Translations under genes and position numbers: made by a program
The notes under the pieces: model-generated
What the model was told of the DNA's origin: nothing
The model's database searches: none
What the model saw: only the letters and a program-made list of their open reading frames with translations
Origin: Ilumatobacteraceae bacterium
Lineage (GTDB): Bacteria; Actinomycetota; Acidimicrobiia; Acidimicrobiales; Ilumatobacteraceae
DNA length: 64,000 nt
Direction of reading: 5' to 3'
Assembly: GCA_963741755.1 (NCBI GenBank)
Contig: CAVUJG010000021.1
Location: 15,653-79,652 of the forward strand
Part shown: in pieces, positions 9,640 to 18,913 of the stretch
Numbering within the stretch: the first letter of the stretch is position 1
How the letters are laid out: each line of letters starts with the position of its first letter

Positions 9640-10195
9640 TCAGCCTGACGAGCGCACCATCACACCGACGGCGCGGATCGCCACCGTGAACGCAGCGAGC
9701 GTCACGAACGCCAGGAACGTCAGCAGCGGGCTGCCCGGTGCTTGCCGATCGACCATCACGACGACGATCAGCCACATCGAACATGTCGCCACCAGCGACG
9801 TATCCCCCGCGACGCAGCCAGCGCCACACGAGGACCCGATCGACAACGGCGGAGCTCGGCGTCACCGCCATCAGGGCGATCATCGTGTGGAACACGAACA
9901 ACGACGAGGCCACCGCAACCACCCACGGGTCGGTCGCATCGTCGGTGCCGGCCAGCCACTGCCACACGACCATCGCTTCGACGAACAGTGCGGCGTGGGA
10001 GTCGGGGTGGAACGCAGCTGCCGACGCGAGACCGACGATCAACAGGACCACGAATTGCGAGGCACCCGCGCCGGCGGCGGAGGCTGCGGCGGAGGCACCA
10101 CCTGCGGCCACCACTGCGAGCGTTCCGAACAGCCAGCGCTGCGAGGACACCATGGCGAGCCGGTCGACCCCCTGCTGGAGTTCTCCGGAACTCAT
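9640..10195 (-). CDS. polytopic membrane protein, last gene of the MoxR operon, apparent single-nt frameshift
   Basis: ATG 10195 overlaps the DUF58 stop (ATGA). Hydrophobic helices run in one frame to ~9808, then continue in the frame of track ORF 9640..9846 (WLIVVVMV...FLAFVTLAAFTVAI) after a C5/G5 run at 9804-9808. Confidence 0.45.
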
Positions 10196-11517
10196 CGCTG
10201 CGCCATCCGTGGTCCGGTCGATCGGCGAGCGATGTCGCGGATCACGTGATCGAGACTGCCGGGTCCGCGCCACTCGACCACCGGAATCCCAGCGGCCAGC
10301 ACGAGCCTGACCTCACGGCGCCGTTCGAGCAGGCGGATGCGCCATGCGAGCGCCGTGTATTCGTCGTCGTCCTGGCTCACGTGCGCGGGCAGGGTGTCGA
10401 CGACGATGACCGTCTTGCCCTGGCGACCGAGCGACACTGCGAGGTCGAGGGCGTCGGGCGAGACCAGTGGCGACAACATCACGGTGATCTGTCCGCCGAT
10501 CGCACCGGGCTGCCGCGACGCCGGCGTGCGGTACCCCGTTCTGCCGGGGTCGCCAGGACGAACTCGAGCCAACGTGTCGAGGACCCGACGAAGCTGCGCC
10601 CGCCCGGTTCCCGGTGCCACCATGTGCGCCGTTGCGGTCCCGAACACTCGCAGCGACACTCGCTCTCCTCGTGGCGCATAGTGCTCGGCGATCGCGCCGG
10701 CTGCCCTCACCGAACCATCCAGGCTCGACGCCAAGCCATCGATGCCCTCGCTCACCCCGAAGTCGTCGGAGGCGTCGACCACGAGAGCGATGTGCGTGTC
10801 GAGGTCGGCTCGGGTGGCATTCACCCTCAGCTCGCCCGACCGCGCCGAACGCACCCAGTTGATCCGTCGTATTCGATCGCCGGCGTGGAACGGTCGGATC
10901 CCCGCGAACTCGTTGCCCTCACCGGCGCGGGCAGATCGGTGGATGCCCACGAGGCCATCGCTCGGACGTGCGGACGCGTTCACGTCGAACACACTCGGCA
11001 ACGGCAGCGTGGTCAGTGGGTGCCGCGATGTCCGAGTTTGCCAGCGGAATGCACCCCACGACGTGGCTGCGTGGACTTCGACCGGCTCGATGGAGCGCGT
11101 GCCCCACCGTGTCGAGCGGAGGTCGACGGCCAGACGAACCGTCCCGTCGAGAGCCGTGGCCGTCACTGCGCCGCCTGCGGGACGAGCTTCGACCCATGGC
11201 ACCGGCGGGACGGCGGCAACCGCGAGGTCGACCATGGGCTCACCGGAGATCACTCCGTGCCAGGTCGTGGCGTCCCCCTCGCGAATCGTCGGATGCGCAA
11301 GGTGGTCGTCGAGCGTCGGGGCCGGACCGGGCCGCGTGATCACCGACCACGCGGTCACGGCGACCATCGGTGTCGCGATGACGAGGAGGTCGGGTCGCCG
11401 CCAGATCAGCGCCGCTGCGACCAGAATCACCGCGCCGACGCTGGCGCGCAGATGGGCCATCGTCGGCCGCCATCTGTCGACTCCCGACCACGACCCGGCC
11501 AGCCTCGGGGTGTTCAC
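10192..11517 (-). CDS. DUF58 domain protein (MoxR partner)
   Basis: GTG 11517 overlaps the MoxR stop (GTGA). Motif NEFAGIRPFHAGDRIRRINW is present, with a VWA-like C-terminal half. The upstream part of track ORF 10192..11940 is shadow. Confidence 0.85.
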   Translation of the reverse strand: MNTPRLAGSWSGVDRWRPTMAHLRASVGAVILVAAALIWRRPDLLVIATPMVAVTAWSVITRPGPAPTLDDHLAHPTIREGDATTWHGVISGEPMVDLAVAAVPPVPWVEARPAGGAVTATALDGTVRLAVDLRSTRWGTRSIEPVEVHAATSWGAFRWQTRTSRHPLTTLPLPSVFDVNASARPSDGLVGIHRSARAGEGNEFAGIRPFHAGDRIRRINWVRSARSGELRVNATRADLDTHIALVVDASDDFGVSEGIDGLASSLDGSVRAAGAIAEHYAPRGERVSLRVFGTATAHMVAPGTGRAQLRRVLDTLARVRPGDPGRTGYRTPASRQPGAIGGQITVMLSPLVSPDALDLAVSLGRQGKTVIVVDTLPAHVSQDDDEYTALAWRIRLLERRREVRLVLAAGIPVVEWRGPGSLDHVIRDIARRSTGPRMAQR

Positions 11518-12494
11518 GGGCGATCCGCGGCAGGCTCCAACGCGCCGGGCGTGGCCACGGAGGCCACGACCTCGGCAACGACGGTGCGGCCCGACACCTG
11601 GCTCATCCACAGCTCGGGCTTCACCGTGATGCGGTGAGCCAGCACGGATGGGGCCACGGCCTTGACGTCCTCCGGGGTGACATAGTCGCGACCGTCGATG
11701 ATCGCCCAGGCCCGCGAGGCCAGCAGCAGACCCAGCGCGCCACGCGGTGAGGACCCCATCAACACGTGAGGGTGCGATCGTGTCGCCCGCGCCAACGCCA
11801 CGCAGTAGCGCCCGACGCTCTCGTCGACGGTCACCCGCTCCACTGCCTGCTGCATCGCGAGGAGCACCGACGCGTCCGTGATCTGACACAGTGTCTGGTC
11901 CTCCTGGCGGCGATCCATGCGTCGGTGCAGGACGTCCCACTCGTCGTCGACCGACGGGTAGCCGAACGAGGTCCGCATCATGAAGCGGTCGAGTTGCGCT
12001 TCGGGGAGCGGGTAGGTGCCCTCGTACTCGACCGGGTTGGCGGTGGCCAGCACATGGAACGGCTGCTCGAGCACGAAGGTCTCACCCTCGACGGTGATCT
12101 GGTGTTCTTGCATCGCTTCGAGCAGTGCCGCCTGCGTGCGCGGCGGCGTCCTGTTGATCTCGTCGGCAAGCAACAGTCCGGTGAACAGCGGCCCACGGCG
12201 GAACACGAACTCACCGGCGCGCTGGTCGTACACGAACGATCCCGTGAGGTCCGCCGGCAGCAGATCGGGTGTGAACTGAGCGCGAGCGAAGTCGAGGCCG
12301 AGCGTCTGGGCGAACGATCGTGCCGCCAGCGTCTTGCCCAAGCCCGGGAAGTCCTCCAGCAGTACGTGGCCGCCTGCCAGGATCGCAGCGAGCACCAGCG
12401 TGAGCGTTTCCCGCTTGCCGACCACTGCCACCTCGACCTCGTCGAGCACGTCGCCGGCGAGACGCGAGACGTCGTGGAGTTCGAGTTGTTCCAT
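11514..12494 (-). CDS. moxR: MoxR-family AAA+ ATPase
   Basis: Walker A is FPGLGKT and Walker B is LLADEINR. QAALLEAMQE is also present. GGGAGG lies upstream of ATG 12494. Confidence 0.95.
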   Translation of the reverse strand: MEQLELHDVSRLAGDVLDEVEVAVVGKRETLTLVLAAILAGGHVLLEDFPGLGKTLAARSFAQTLGLDFARAQFTPDLLPADLTGSFVYDQRAGEFVFRRGPLFTGLLLADEINRTPPRTQAALLEAMQEHQITVEGETFVLEQPFHVLATANPVEYEGTYPLPEAQLDRFMMRTSFGYPSVDDEWDVLHRRMDRRQEDQTLCQITDASVLLAMQQAVERVTVDESVGRYCVALARATRSHPHVLMGSSPRGALGLLLASRAWAIIDGRDYVTPEDVKAVAPSVLAHRITVKPELWMSQVSGRTVVAEVVASVATPGALEPAADRP

Positions 12495-12506
12495 GGGACC
12501 TCCCGG

Positions 12507-12992
12507 TCAGAGCCGTTCGATGTGGGTGAGAATGCGGTCGAGCGATCGCGGTTTCAAGAGCACGGATGCAGCGCCTGAGTCGTTGACGAACGCATCGAGC
12601 TCGTCACCGAGCACCACGCGGGCAGCGTCCGGATCGTCGCGACGATCGATCCGGTGCGCCGCCCGGAGCTGATCGTCGATCAGTTCCACGAGACTCACGC
12701 GCAGGCTTTCGAGCGACGCTCCATCGGCTCGCCCGTAGGCCAGGCCGCTGCGCAGCCGCATCACCCGACGATCGGGCCGTGCCTCGGGTTCGACGGGAAG
12801 CGAGACGAACACGCCGTTCGAGCCCTCCGCCTCGCTGGCGAAATCGACGGCGAGCCACACGATCACGCCGACCATTGCGCACAGTGCGGCGACGAGGCCC
12901 ACACGGGGGCCCATGTCAGTCGCCAGCATGAACGCCTCGACGACCACCGTCACACCGGCGATGATGGCGACGGGCCGCCTCCACCCCGTCAC
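12507..12992 (-). CDS. small two-TM membrane protein of the MoxR operon
   Basis: GTG 12992 overlaps the stop of the DUF4129 gene (GTGA). Hydrophobic segments are VAIIAGVTVVVEAF and VGLVAALCAMVGVIVWLAV. The upstream part of the track ORF is Arg-rich shadow. Confidence 0.55.
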   Translation of the reverse strand: MTGWRRPVAIIAGVTVVVEAFMLATDMGPRVGLVAALCAMVGVIVWLAVDFASEAEGSNGVFVSLPVEPEARPDRRVMRLRSGLAYGRADGASLESLRVSLVELIDDQLRAAHRIDRRDDPDAARVVLGDELDAFVNDSGAASVLLKPRSLDRILTHIERL

Positions 12993-13690
12993 GAAACCAC
13001 CCGCGGGCCGACATCGGCGCGGAGGCCGTGGTGGACGACGTCGAGGGCATCGATGGCCGAGCGCCGCGACTCCTCCCCCATCGGGTGCTCGGAGAATCGG
13101 GCCTCCCGGTACAGCGCAGCCAGGGTCGAGATCGCGGCACCGTCGACCTGACAGCTGGCCAACACGCGCTCGGTCAGCTCTGCTGACGTGTCGGCCGGGG
13201 CGCGTTCGACACCGGCGGCGATCACGGCCGCTTCGAGGCGGAGCCAGCACTCGACGATGGCATTGCGCGGCGCGCCCCGATCGAGGGCCGCCCGCTGCTC
13301 CTGGGCGTCGGCCGCGACGGAGGCGGCGACGTCGTCGAGGACATCGAAGTCGGCTCGCCCCGTTCGACGCCACCTCGGCCATCGAATCTGCGGGCGGTGA
13401 CGCCACAGGAACACCGACGCCATCACGGCGAACGCTGCGAGGCAGGCGAAGAACAGAATGCGGGCGATCACTTCGATGAAGCCGGGCAGTTCGAGCGGCG
13501 TTCGACCGCCGGCTTGGGCGACGTCGACCTGGAGCGGGGGGATCGTCGCGATCGGTTCCGCCGGTGCGGGGTCGGTGGCGATCTGGGGCCCCCGTTCAGC
13601 CAGTTGCACCTCGCCGCCACCAGCGACCGCTGCGAGCAGCACAGCCACGATGATGCCGGCCAGAACGGCAGCCGCTGCTCTCCGGTCCAC
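12989..13690 (-). CDS. DUF4129 domain membrane protein
   Basis: It has an N-terminal TM, a second TM, and the C-terminal pattern ECWLRLE...LYREARFS typical of DUF4129. Confidence 0.75.
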   Translation of the reverse strand: MDRRAAAAVLAGIIVAVLLAAVAGGGEVQLAERGPQIATDPAPAEPIATIPPLQVDVAQAGGRTPLELPGFIEVIARILFFACLAAFAVMASVFLWRHRPQIRWPRWRRTGRADFDVLDDVAASVAADAQEQRAALDRGAPRNAIVECWLRLEAAVIAAGVERAPADTSAELTERVLASCQVDGAAISTLAALYREARFSEHPMGEESRRSAIDALDVVHHGLRADVGPRVVS

Positions 13691-13760
13691 CGGTGCAGGC
13701 TACTTCGACCGCGATGAGCGACGGCGAGCGGGTCGACCGACCGGCCGGTCCGGCCACCCT

Positions 13761-13882
13761 CCGATGAGCCAAGCAACCGCATACGGCGGTTTCGCTCATC
13801 GCAGCCGGAGCAACGGGTCCACCGATGAGCCAAGCAACCGCATACGGCGGTTTCGCTCATCGCAGCCGGGGCAACGGGTCGC
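13761..13882. repeat. tandem duplication (2 x 61 bp) of a hairpin-forming unit
   Basis: Units 13761-13821 and 13822-13882 are nearly identical. Each has an 8-bp outer stem CGATGAGC/GCTCATCG and a 6-bp inner stem AACCGC/GCGGTT. They lie between the ADH stop and the MoxR-operon start. Confidence 0.9.
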
Positions 13883-13897
13883 GGTGCCCGGCCGCGT

Positions 13898-14989
13898 TCA
13901 GTCGAACATGATGACGCTGCGAGCGACGTTGCCGGTCTTCATGTCGGCGAACCCGTCGTTGATCTGCTCGAGGGTGATCGTCTTCGACACCATCTCGTCG
14001 AGCTGCAGCCGACCGTCGAGGTACATGTCGACGAAGCGAGGCATGTCGGTACGGAACTGGTTCGAGCCCATGTTCGACCCGGTGAGCTTCTTTTCGTAGA
14101 GCAGCTCCGGCCCGTGGATCTCGATCTTGGTGCCGACCGGGATCATGCCGATGACGGTGGCCTGTCCCCCGTTGCGCAGCATCTCGTATGCCTGCTCGGC
14201 GGTCTGCTTGAGACCGACGGCTTCGAACGAGTGGTGAACACCGCCGCCGGTGAGGTCCTTCACCGCTGCAACCACGTCGTCACTCGACGCGTTGACGACG
14301 TGCGTGGCACCCATCTGCTGGGCGAGTTCGAGCTTCGACTCCGCCATGTCGATCGCGATGATCTTGTTCGCGCCGGCGATCCGTGCGCCCTGCACCGCCG
14401 ACAGCCCGATACCGCCGCACCCGATGACGGCCACGGTCTCACCGGGCGCCACTCGCGCCGTGCGGAAGACCGCGCCCAGACCAGTGGTGACACCACAGCC
14501 GATCAGCGCCGCCTTGTCGAGCGGCATGTCGCGGTCGATCTTCACGAGCGCCTGTTCGTGGATCAGCATCTGCTCGGCGAACGACGACAGATGGAGGTAC
14601 TGGTTGACCGTCTCGCCACCCGCACGGCTCAGCCGTGGCGGCTCGCCGGGCTGGCGGACCAGTTCGGTGCCTTTGTTCTCGCACAGCGACAAGTGCCCGT
14701 CGGTGCATTGCGAACAGTGCCCGCAGAATGCCGACAGGCACGTGATGACATGGTCGCCCGGTTGCACGTAGTGCACCATCGAGCCGACTGCTTCGACCAC
14801 ACCGGCGGACTCATGGCCGAGCACCGCAGGGCAGGGGAACGGGTACTTGCCCTCCATGAAATGGAGGTCGCTGTGGCACAGCCCGGCGGCCACGGTTCGG
14901 ATCAGCACCTCACGGGGGCCGGGCGAACCGATGTCGATGTCCTCGATGTCGAGCTCGCCCGGAATCGAGTTGAGCACTGCAGCTTTCAT
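13898..14989 (-). CDS. Zn-dependent alcohol dehydrogenase (class III / mycothiol-dependent formaldehyde DH-like)
   Basis: ATG 14989 follows GGGGAG. Motifs GLCHSDLHF, GHESAGVVEAVG, CGHCSQCTDGHLSLC and GCGGIG are present. Confidence 0.9.
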   Translation of the reverse strand: MKAAVLNSIPGELDIEDIDIGSPGPREVLIRTVAAGLCHSDLHFMEGKYPFPCPAVLGHESAGVVEAVGSMVHYVQPGDHVITCLSAFCGHCSQCTDGHLSLCENKGTELVRQPGEPPRLSRAGGETVNQYLHLSSFAEQMLIHEQALVKIDRDMPLDKAALIGCGVTTGLGAVFRTARVAPGETVAVIGCGGIGLSAVQGARIAGANKIIAIDMAESKLELAQQMGATHVVNASSDDVVAAVKDLTGGGVHHSFEAVGLKQTAEQAYEMLRNGGQATVIGMIPVGTKIEIHGPELLYEKKLTGSNMGSNQFRTDMPRFVDMYLDGRLQLDEMVSKTITLEQINDGFADMKTGNVARSVIMFD

Positions 14990-15098
14990 GATCGCTCCCC
15001 ATGGGTGGCGTGGATGTGCAGGTGAACGTAGTTGGTAGCGGAGTACAGAGTCGGGTGGAGATCGCGTTCGCGCCTCGCGAGCGGGCAGAATCTCGACC

Positions 15099-16514
15099 GT
15101 GTCCGACGACCTGACCACGGAGAAGCACGAGCACACCATCGGCCCGGAGAGCGTGCCCCGGCCCTGGAGCGCGTCCGATCGTCGAGTGCCACGAACCGTC
15201 GTGCGTCCCCTGCGGCGTTTTGCCGACACGGAGGCCGCCGGCGGCGTTGCGATGCTGGCCATGGCAATCGTGGCGCTCGTGTGGGCGAACTCTCCGTTCG
15301 GGGACTCCTACGTCGAGCTGTGGGAGACCCTCATCTCGCTCCACATCGGCGAACTCATCCACATCGACCTCGACCTCCGCGGTTGGGTCAACGACCTCGC
15401 GATGGCGATCTTCTTCTTCGTGGTCGCGCTCGAGATCAAGCGCGAGCTCGTTCGCGGCGAGCTACGCGATCCGCGCGCTGCTGCCCTCCCGGCGCTCGCC
15501 GCGATCGGCGGGATGATCGTCCCGGCAGCGATCTACGCACTGTTCAACGTGGGCACCGCAGGGGCTGACGGTTGGGGCATTCCGATGGCAACCGACATCG
15601 CATTCGCCGTCGGGGTCCTGTCGCTGGTCGGCAAACGAATCCCATCGTCGCTGGTGGTGTTCCTGCTGACGCTGGCGATCGTCGACGATCTCGGCGCCAT
15701 CGTCGTGATTGCCGTGTTCTACACATCGGGGTTGTCGTTCGGTTGGCTCGCGGTCGGCATCGGCTGCATCCTCGGCGCCGTCGTGTTGAACCGCGCCGAC
15801 GTCCGCGCGTTCGTGCCGTACTTCCTGCTCGCCGCGTTCTGTTGGCTGGCGCTCCACGAGTCGGGCGTGCACGCCACGCTCGCCGGCGTTGCGTTCGGCC
15901 TCATCACACCGAGCCACGCATTCGTTCGAGCGACGCAGTTCGGTCCCCGAGCGCGAGGTCTGGTCTCCCGCGTCGAAGTGGCCCAAGCCGCTGAGATTCG
16001 CGCCGACGACGACAACGACGAAGAGGCGTTGGAGGCCGACGCGCTGAACGAACTCATCACGTTGTCGGCCGAGAGTCAGCCGCCGCTCGACCGCCTCGAG
16101 CACCGACTGCTCCCGTGGACGACGTTCGTGATCGTGCCGATCTTTGCGTTGGCCAATGCCGGGGTGCGGGTCAGCTGGGACGACCTGACCAGCGCGTTCT
16201 CCGAGCCTGTCACGCTCGGGGTGCTGCTGGGCCTGGTGGTCGGCAAACCCGTCGGGATCATGATCTTCTCGTTGCTGGCAGTTCGCCTCGGCATCGGGAA
16301 ACAACCTGCCGGCGCGACGTGGCCGCAGATCTTCGGCGTTGCGATGCTGGGAGGGATCGGGTTCACCGTTGCGCTCTTCGTGACCGAACTCGCCTTCGGC
16401 CCAGGGTTGCTCGCCAACCAGGCCAAGATCGGCATCCTGGCGGCGTCAGCCATCGCCGGAGTTGCGGGCTACCTCTACCTGCGAACGGTCGGGCGAAGCG
16501 TCGACACCGACTGA
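15099..16514 (+). CDS. nhaA: Na+/H+ antiporter NhaA
   Basis: GTG start. Family blocks FFFVVALEIKRE, GWGIPMATDIAF and ALANAGV are present, and the protein is polytopic. Confidence 0.95.
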   Translation: MSDDLTTEKHEHTIGPESVPRPWSASDRRVPRTVVRPLRRFADTEAAGGVAMLAMAIVALVWANSPFGDSYVELWETLISLHIGELIHIDLDLRGWVNDLAMAIFFFVVALEIKRELVRGELRDPRAAALPALAAIGGMIVPAAIYALFNVGTAGADGWGIPMATDIAFAVGVLSLVGKRIPSSLVVFLLTLAIVDDLGAIVVIAVFYTSGLSFGWLAVGIGCILGAVVLNRADVRAFVPYFLLAAFCWLALHESGVHATLAGVAFGLITPSHAFVRATQFGPRARGLVSRVEVAQAAEIRADDDNDEEALEADALNELITLSAESQPPLDRLEHRLLPWTTFVIVPIFALANAGVRVSWDDLTSAFSEPVTLGVLLGLVVGKPVGIMIFSLLAVRLGIGKQPAGATWPQIFGVAMLGGIGFTVALFVTELAFGPGLLANQAKIGILAASAIAGVAGYLYLRTVGRSVDTD

Positions 16515-16568
16515 TTTCGGCCCTTGGGCCCTGGTCCTCGCCTCCGCTGTCGACGATCATGAGGTGAC

Positions 16569-18020
16569 GTGGATGGCACGTCACCGCACGAGCGGCGCCG
16601 GACCGCGCTCGCAGTGTTCGCCGGGGTCAACGCCACAGCCGCATGGGGCGGTGCGCTCGGCCTGATCTCGGGCGCGCTCAGCTTCGGCGACGACCTCGAC
16701 GCCCGGCTGCCATTCGACAGCTTGGTGCTCGCAGGAATGGCACTCGGCCTGTTGGTAGCGGTGCCGCTGACGACACTCACCGTTGCCGCCTGGGTCGGCG
16801 ACCCTCGGACGGACACGCTGTCGACGGCAGTCGGCGCCATGCTGATCGGCTGGATCGGGATCCAGGTGGTCGTGCTCCACGCCTTCTCGTTGTTCCACCC
16901 GATCTACCTGGTCGTCGGTGCGACCTTCGTGTTTCTCGGCGGTCGGCTCGGACCGCGGGCACGCGGGTACCTGCTGATGGCAGCCGGCTCGATCGCCTTC
17001 GCAGCGGGCGTGGGACTGCTCCCCCAGCTGATCGAGAACTCGCCGTCGCCGACGGCAGCCGCGGCCATTGTCCTCACGGCCGGCGGGATCGTCCTCGTCG
17101 TGTTCGGTGGCCGACGGACGCTGCACGACGCGCGGCGGGCCGCCAAGGTCGGCGGCGGGGTGGTGATCGTGTTGGGACTCGCCGTCGTCACGTGGCTGAT
17201 CGCCCCGGCGGTGGCCGCCACCAACGTGCCACCGACTCCGATCACCGCCACGCCACCTGACCACGGACTCGACGCGGAATCCGTTGTGCTGACCACCGCG
17301 GACGACGTCGAGCTCGCTGCCTGGTACGTCGCTGGCGAGAACGGCGGCGCGGTCGTACTGCTCCACGGTGCCGGATCGACGAGGTCCAACGTGCTCGACC
17401 AGGCAGTCGTTCTTGCGAGAAGCGGCTACGGGGTGCTGATGATCGATGCTCGCGGTCACGGCGACAGCGGCGGCGAGGCCATGGACTTCGGCTGGTACGG
17501 CGACCTCGACATCGCGGCGGGCACCGAGTTCCTGGTGACGCGGTCGGACGTCGACCCTCGGCGCATTGCGGTGGTCGGGATGTCGATGGGCGGCGAGGAA
17601 GCCATCGGCGCGACTGCAACGAACCCGGCCATCGCCGCCGTCGTGGCCGAGGGGGCGACGGGCCGAGCGGCGCCCGACAAGGCCTGGCTGTCGGAGGAGT
17701 ACGGCTGGCGCGGCGCCATTCAGGAGCAATTCGAGAAGGCCCAGTTCTGGGTGGTCGACTACCTCACCGAGTCGGCATCACCGGTCTCGCTCCGCGGCGC
17801 CGTCGCCGACAGCGGTGACACACGGTTCCTCCTGATCACCGCCGGCGAGGTTCCTGACGAAGGTTCCGCCGCGGCGTTCATCGCGTCGGGCGCCCCTGAT
17901 CGGGTCGAGACCTGGAACGTCGAAGGCGCTGAACACACGGGCGGTCTCGGCACCGAGCCGACACAGTGGGAGGCGCGGGTGATCGGGTTCCTCGACGAGC
18001 AACTCGGGGTGTCTCCATGA
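16569..18020 (+). CDS. membrane-anchored alpha/beta hydrolase (S9/dienelactone hydrolase-like)
   Basis: About 220 aa of multi-TM N-terminus are followed by VVLLHGAGS, IDARGHGDSGG and the nucleophile GMSMGG. Confidence 0.8.
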   Translation: MDGTSPHERRRTALAVFAGVNATAAWGGALGLISGALSFGDDLDARLPFDSLVLAGMALGLLVAVPLTTLTVAAWVGDPRTDTLSTAVGAMLIGWIGIQVVVLHAFSLFHPIYLVVGATFVFLGGRLGPRARGYLLMAAGSIAFAAGVGLLPQLIENSPSPTAAAAIVLTAGGIVLVVFGGRRTLHDARRAAKVGGGVVIVLGLAVVTWLIAPAVAATNVPPTPITATPPDHGLDAESVVLTTADDVELAAWYVAGENGGAVVLLHGAGSTRSNVLDQAVVLARSGYGVLMIDARGHGDSGGEAMDFGWYGDLDIAAGTEFLVTRSDVDPRRIAVVGMSMGGEEAIGATATNPAIAAVVAEGATGRAAPDKAWLSEEYGWRGAIQEQFEKAQFWVVDYLTESASPVSLRGAVADSGDTRFLLITAGEVPDEGSAAAFIASGAPDRVETWNVEGAEHTGGLGTEPTQWEARVIGFLDEQLGVSP

Positions 18021-18895
18021 GCCGCCGGGTCGTGGCTGGAACGCTCGTCGCAGTTGGAGCCGTCGCCGTTGGTGCCGCCGCGCATCGATGGTTCGCGCGT
18101 GGGCCGTCGAGTTTCCGAGCAGAGTTCGCTCGGTGTTCGGCGCTCCAACTCACCGAGCCGATCGAGCAAGGCCTGGTCACAGAGGACGATCTGCGTTCAC
18201 TTCCGTCACCCGTCGCGTCCTACCTCCGCGCGACCGGAGCAGTCGGGCAACCTCGCATCGCCAACTTCCACGCCACGATCCGTGGGCGGATCCGCAGCGG
18301 GCCAGCTCAGCGGTGGATGCCGTTCACCGGCGAGCAGGTCAACCGCTACGGACCCGAGCCCTCGCGGCTGTTCCACATCGTCGCATCGATGCGAGGCATG
18401 CCGACCGACGTGTACCACGAGTTCGTCGGCGCCGATGCCACCATGCGGGTGAGCGTGTTGTCGATGTTCCCGATCGTGAACGCCCATGGGCCCGAGATGA
18501 ACCGGTCGGAGACCGTGACGATTCTCAACGACATGTGTGTGCTGGCGCCCGCTGCCCTCGTCGACGCCGTGATCGAGTGGGAGGCGATCGACGAGCAGAC
18601 CGTGCGGGCAACGTTCACACGACTCGACGAGACGGTCACCGCCACCTTGGTGTTCGGCGATGACGCACTCCTGATCGACTTCATTTCCGACGACCGTTTC
18701 CGTTCGTCGAGTGATGGAACGACGTTCGAACGCCAACGCTGGTCCACGCCGTTGAGCGAGTACCGATCGATGAACGGCCGGCTGGTCTGCACCCACGGCG
18801 AAGGACGGTGGCACCCCGAGCCCTCCGGAAGCGGCTTCGCCTACCTCGACTTCGAACTCGACGACATCGACGTCAACGCCACCCCGACTCGCTGA
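18017..18895 (+). CDS. conserved hypothetical protein (DUF6544-like)
   Basis: ATG 18017 overlaps the upstream stop (ATGA). The pattern LPSPVASYLRATG...W.PFTGEQ resembles DUF6544 from memory. An N-terminal TM is present. Confidence 0.55.
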   Translation: MSRRVVAGTLVAVGAVAVGAAAHRWFARGPSSFRAEFARCSALQLTEPIEQGLVTEDDLRSLPSPVASYLRATGAVGQPRIANFHATIRGRIRSGPAQRWMPFTGEQVNRYGPEPSRLFHIVASMRGMPTDVYHEFVGADATMRVSVLSMFPIVNAHGPEMNRSETVTILNDMCVLAPAALVDAVIEWEAIDEQTVRATFTRLDETVTATLVFGDDALLIDFISDDRFRSSSDGTTFERQRWSTPLSEYRSMNGRLVCTHGEGRWHPEPSGSGFAYLDFELDDIDVNATPTR

Positions 18896-18913
18896 TCCGA
18901 CCCCGACAACTCT

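Noticed and set aside
8192-10273. 693-aa ORF on the minus strand
   Set aside because: Only its first ~130 codons after ATG 10195 look like a real membrane protein. The rest runs antisense through the well-supported hemerythrin and STAS genes and is Arg/Gly-rich shadow typical of high-GC DNA.
13761-13882. Possible hammerhead ribozyme (GAUGAGCGAAAC on the minus strand) or a mini CRISPR array
   Set aside because: The hammerhead core CUGAUGA...GAAA with an intervening stem II is not present: the U is missing and there is no stem II. For CRISPR, there are only two directly abutting copies with no spacers and no cas genes.
16563-16585. 8-bp hairpin GGTGACGT/ACGTCACC spanning the start codon of the membrane hydrolase as a terminator or riboregulator
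   Set aside because: There is no U-tract and no conservation evidence. It may simply reflect local sequence, so it is not reported as a feature.
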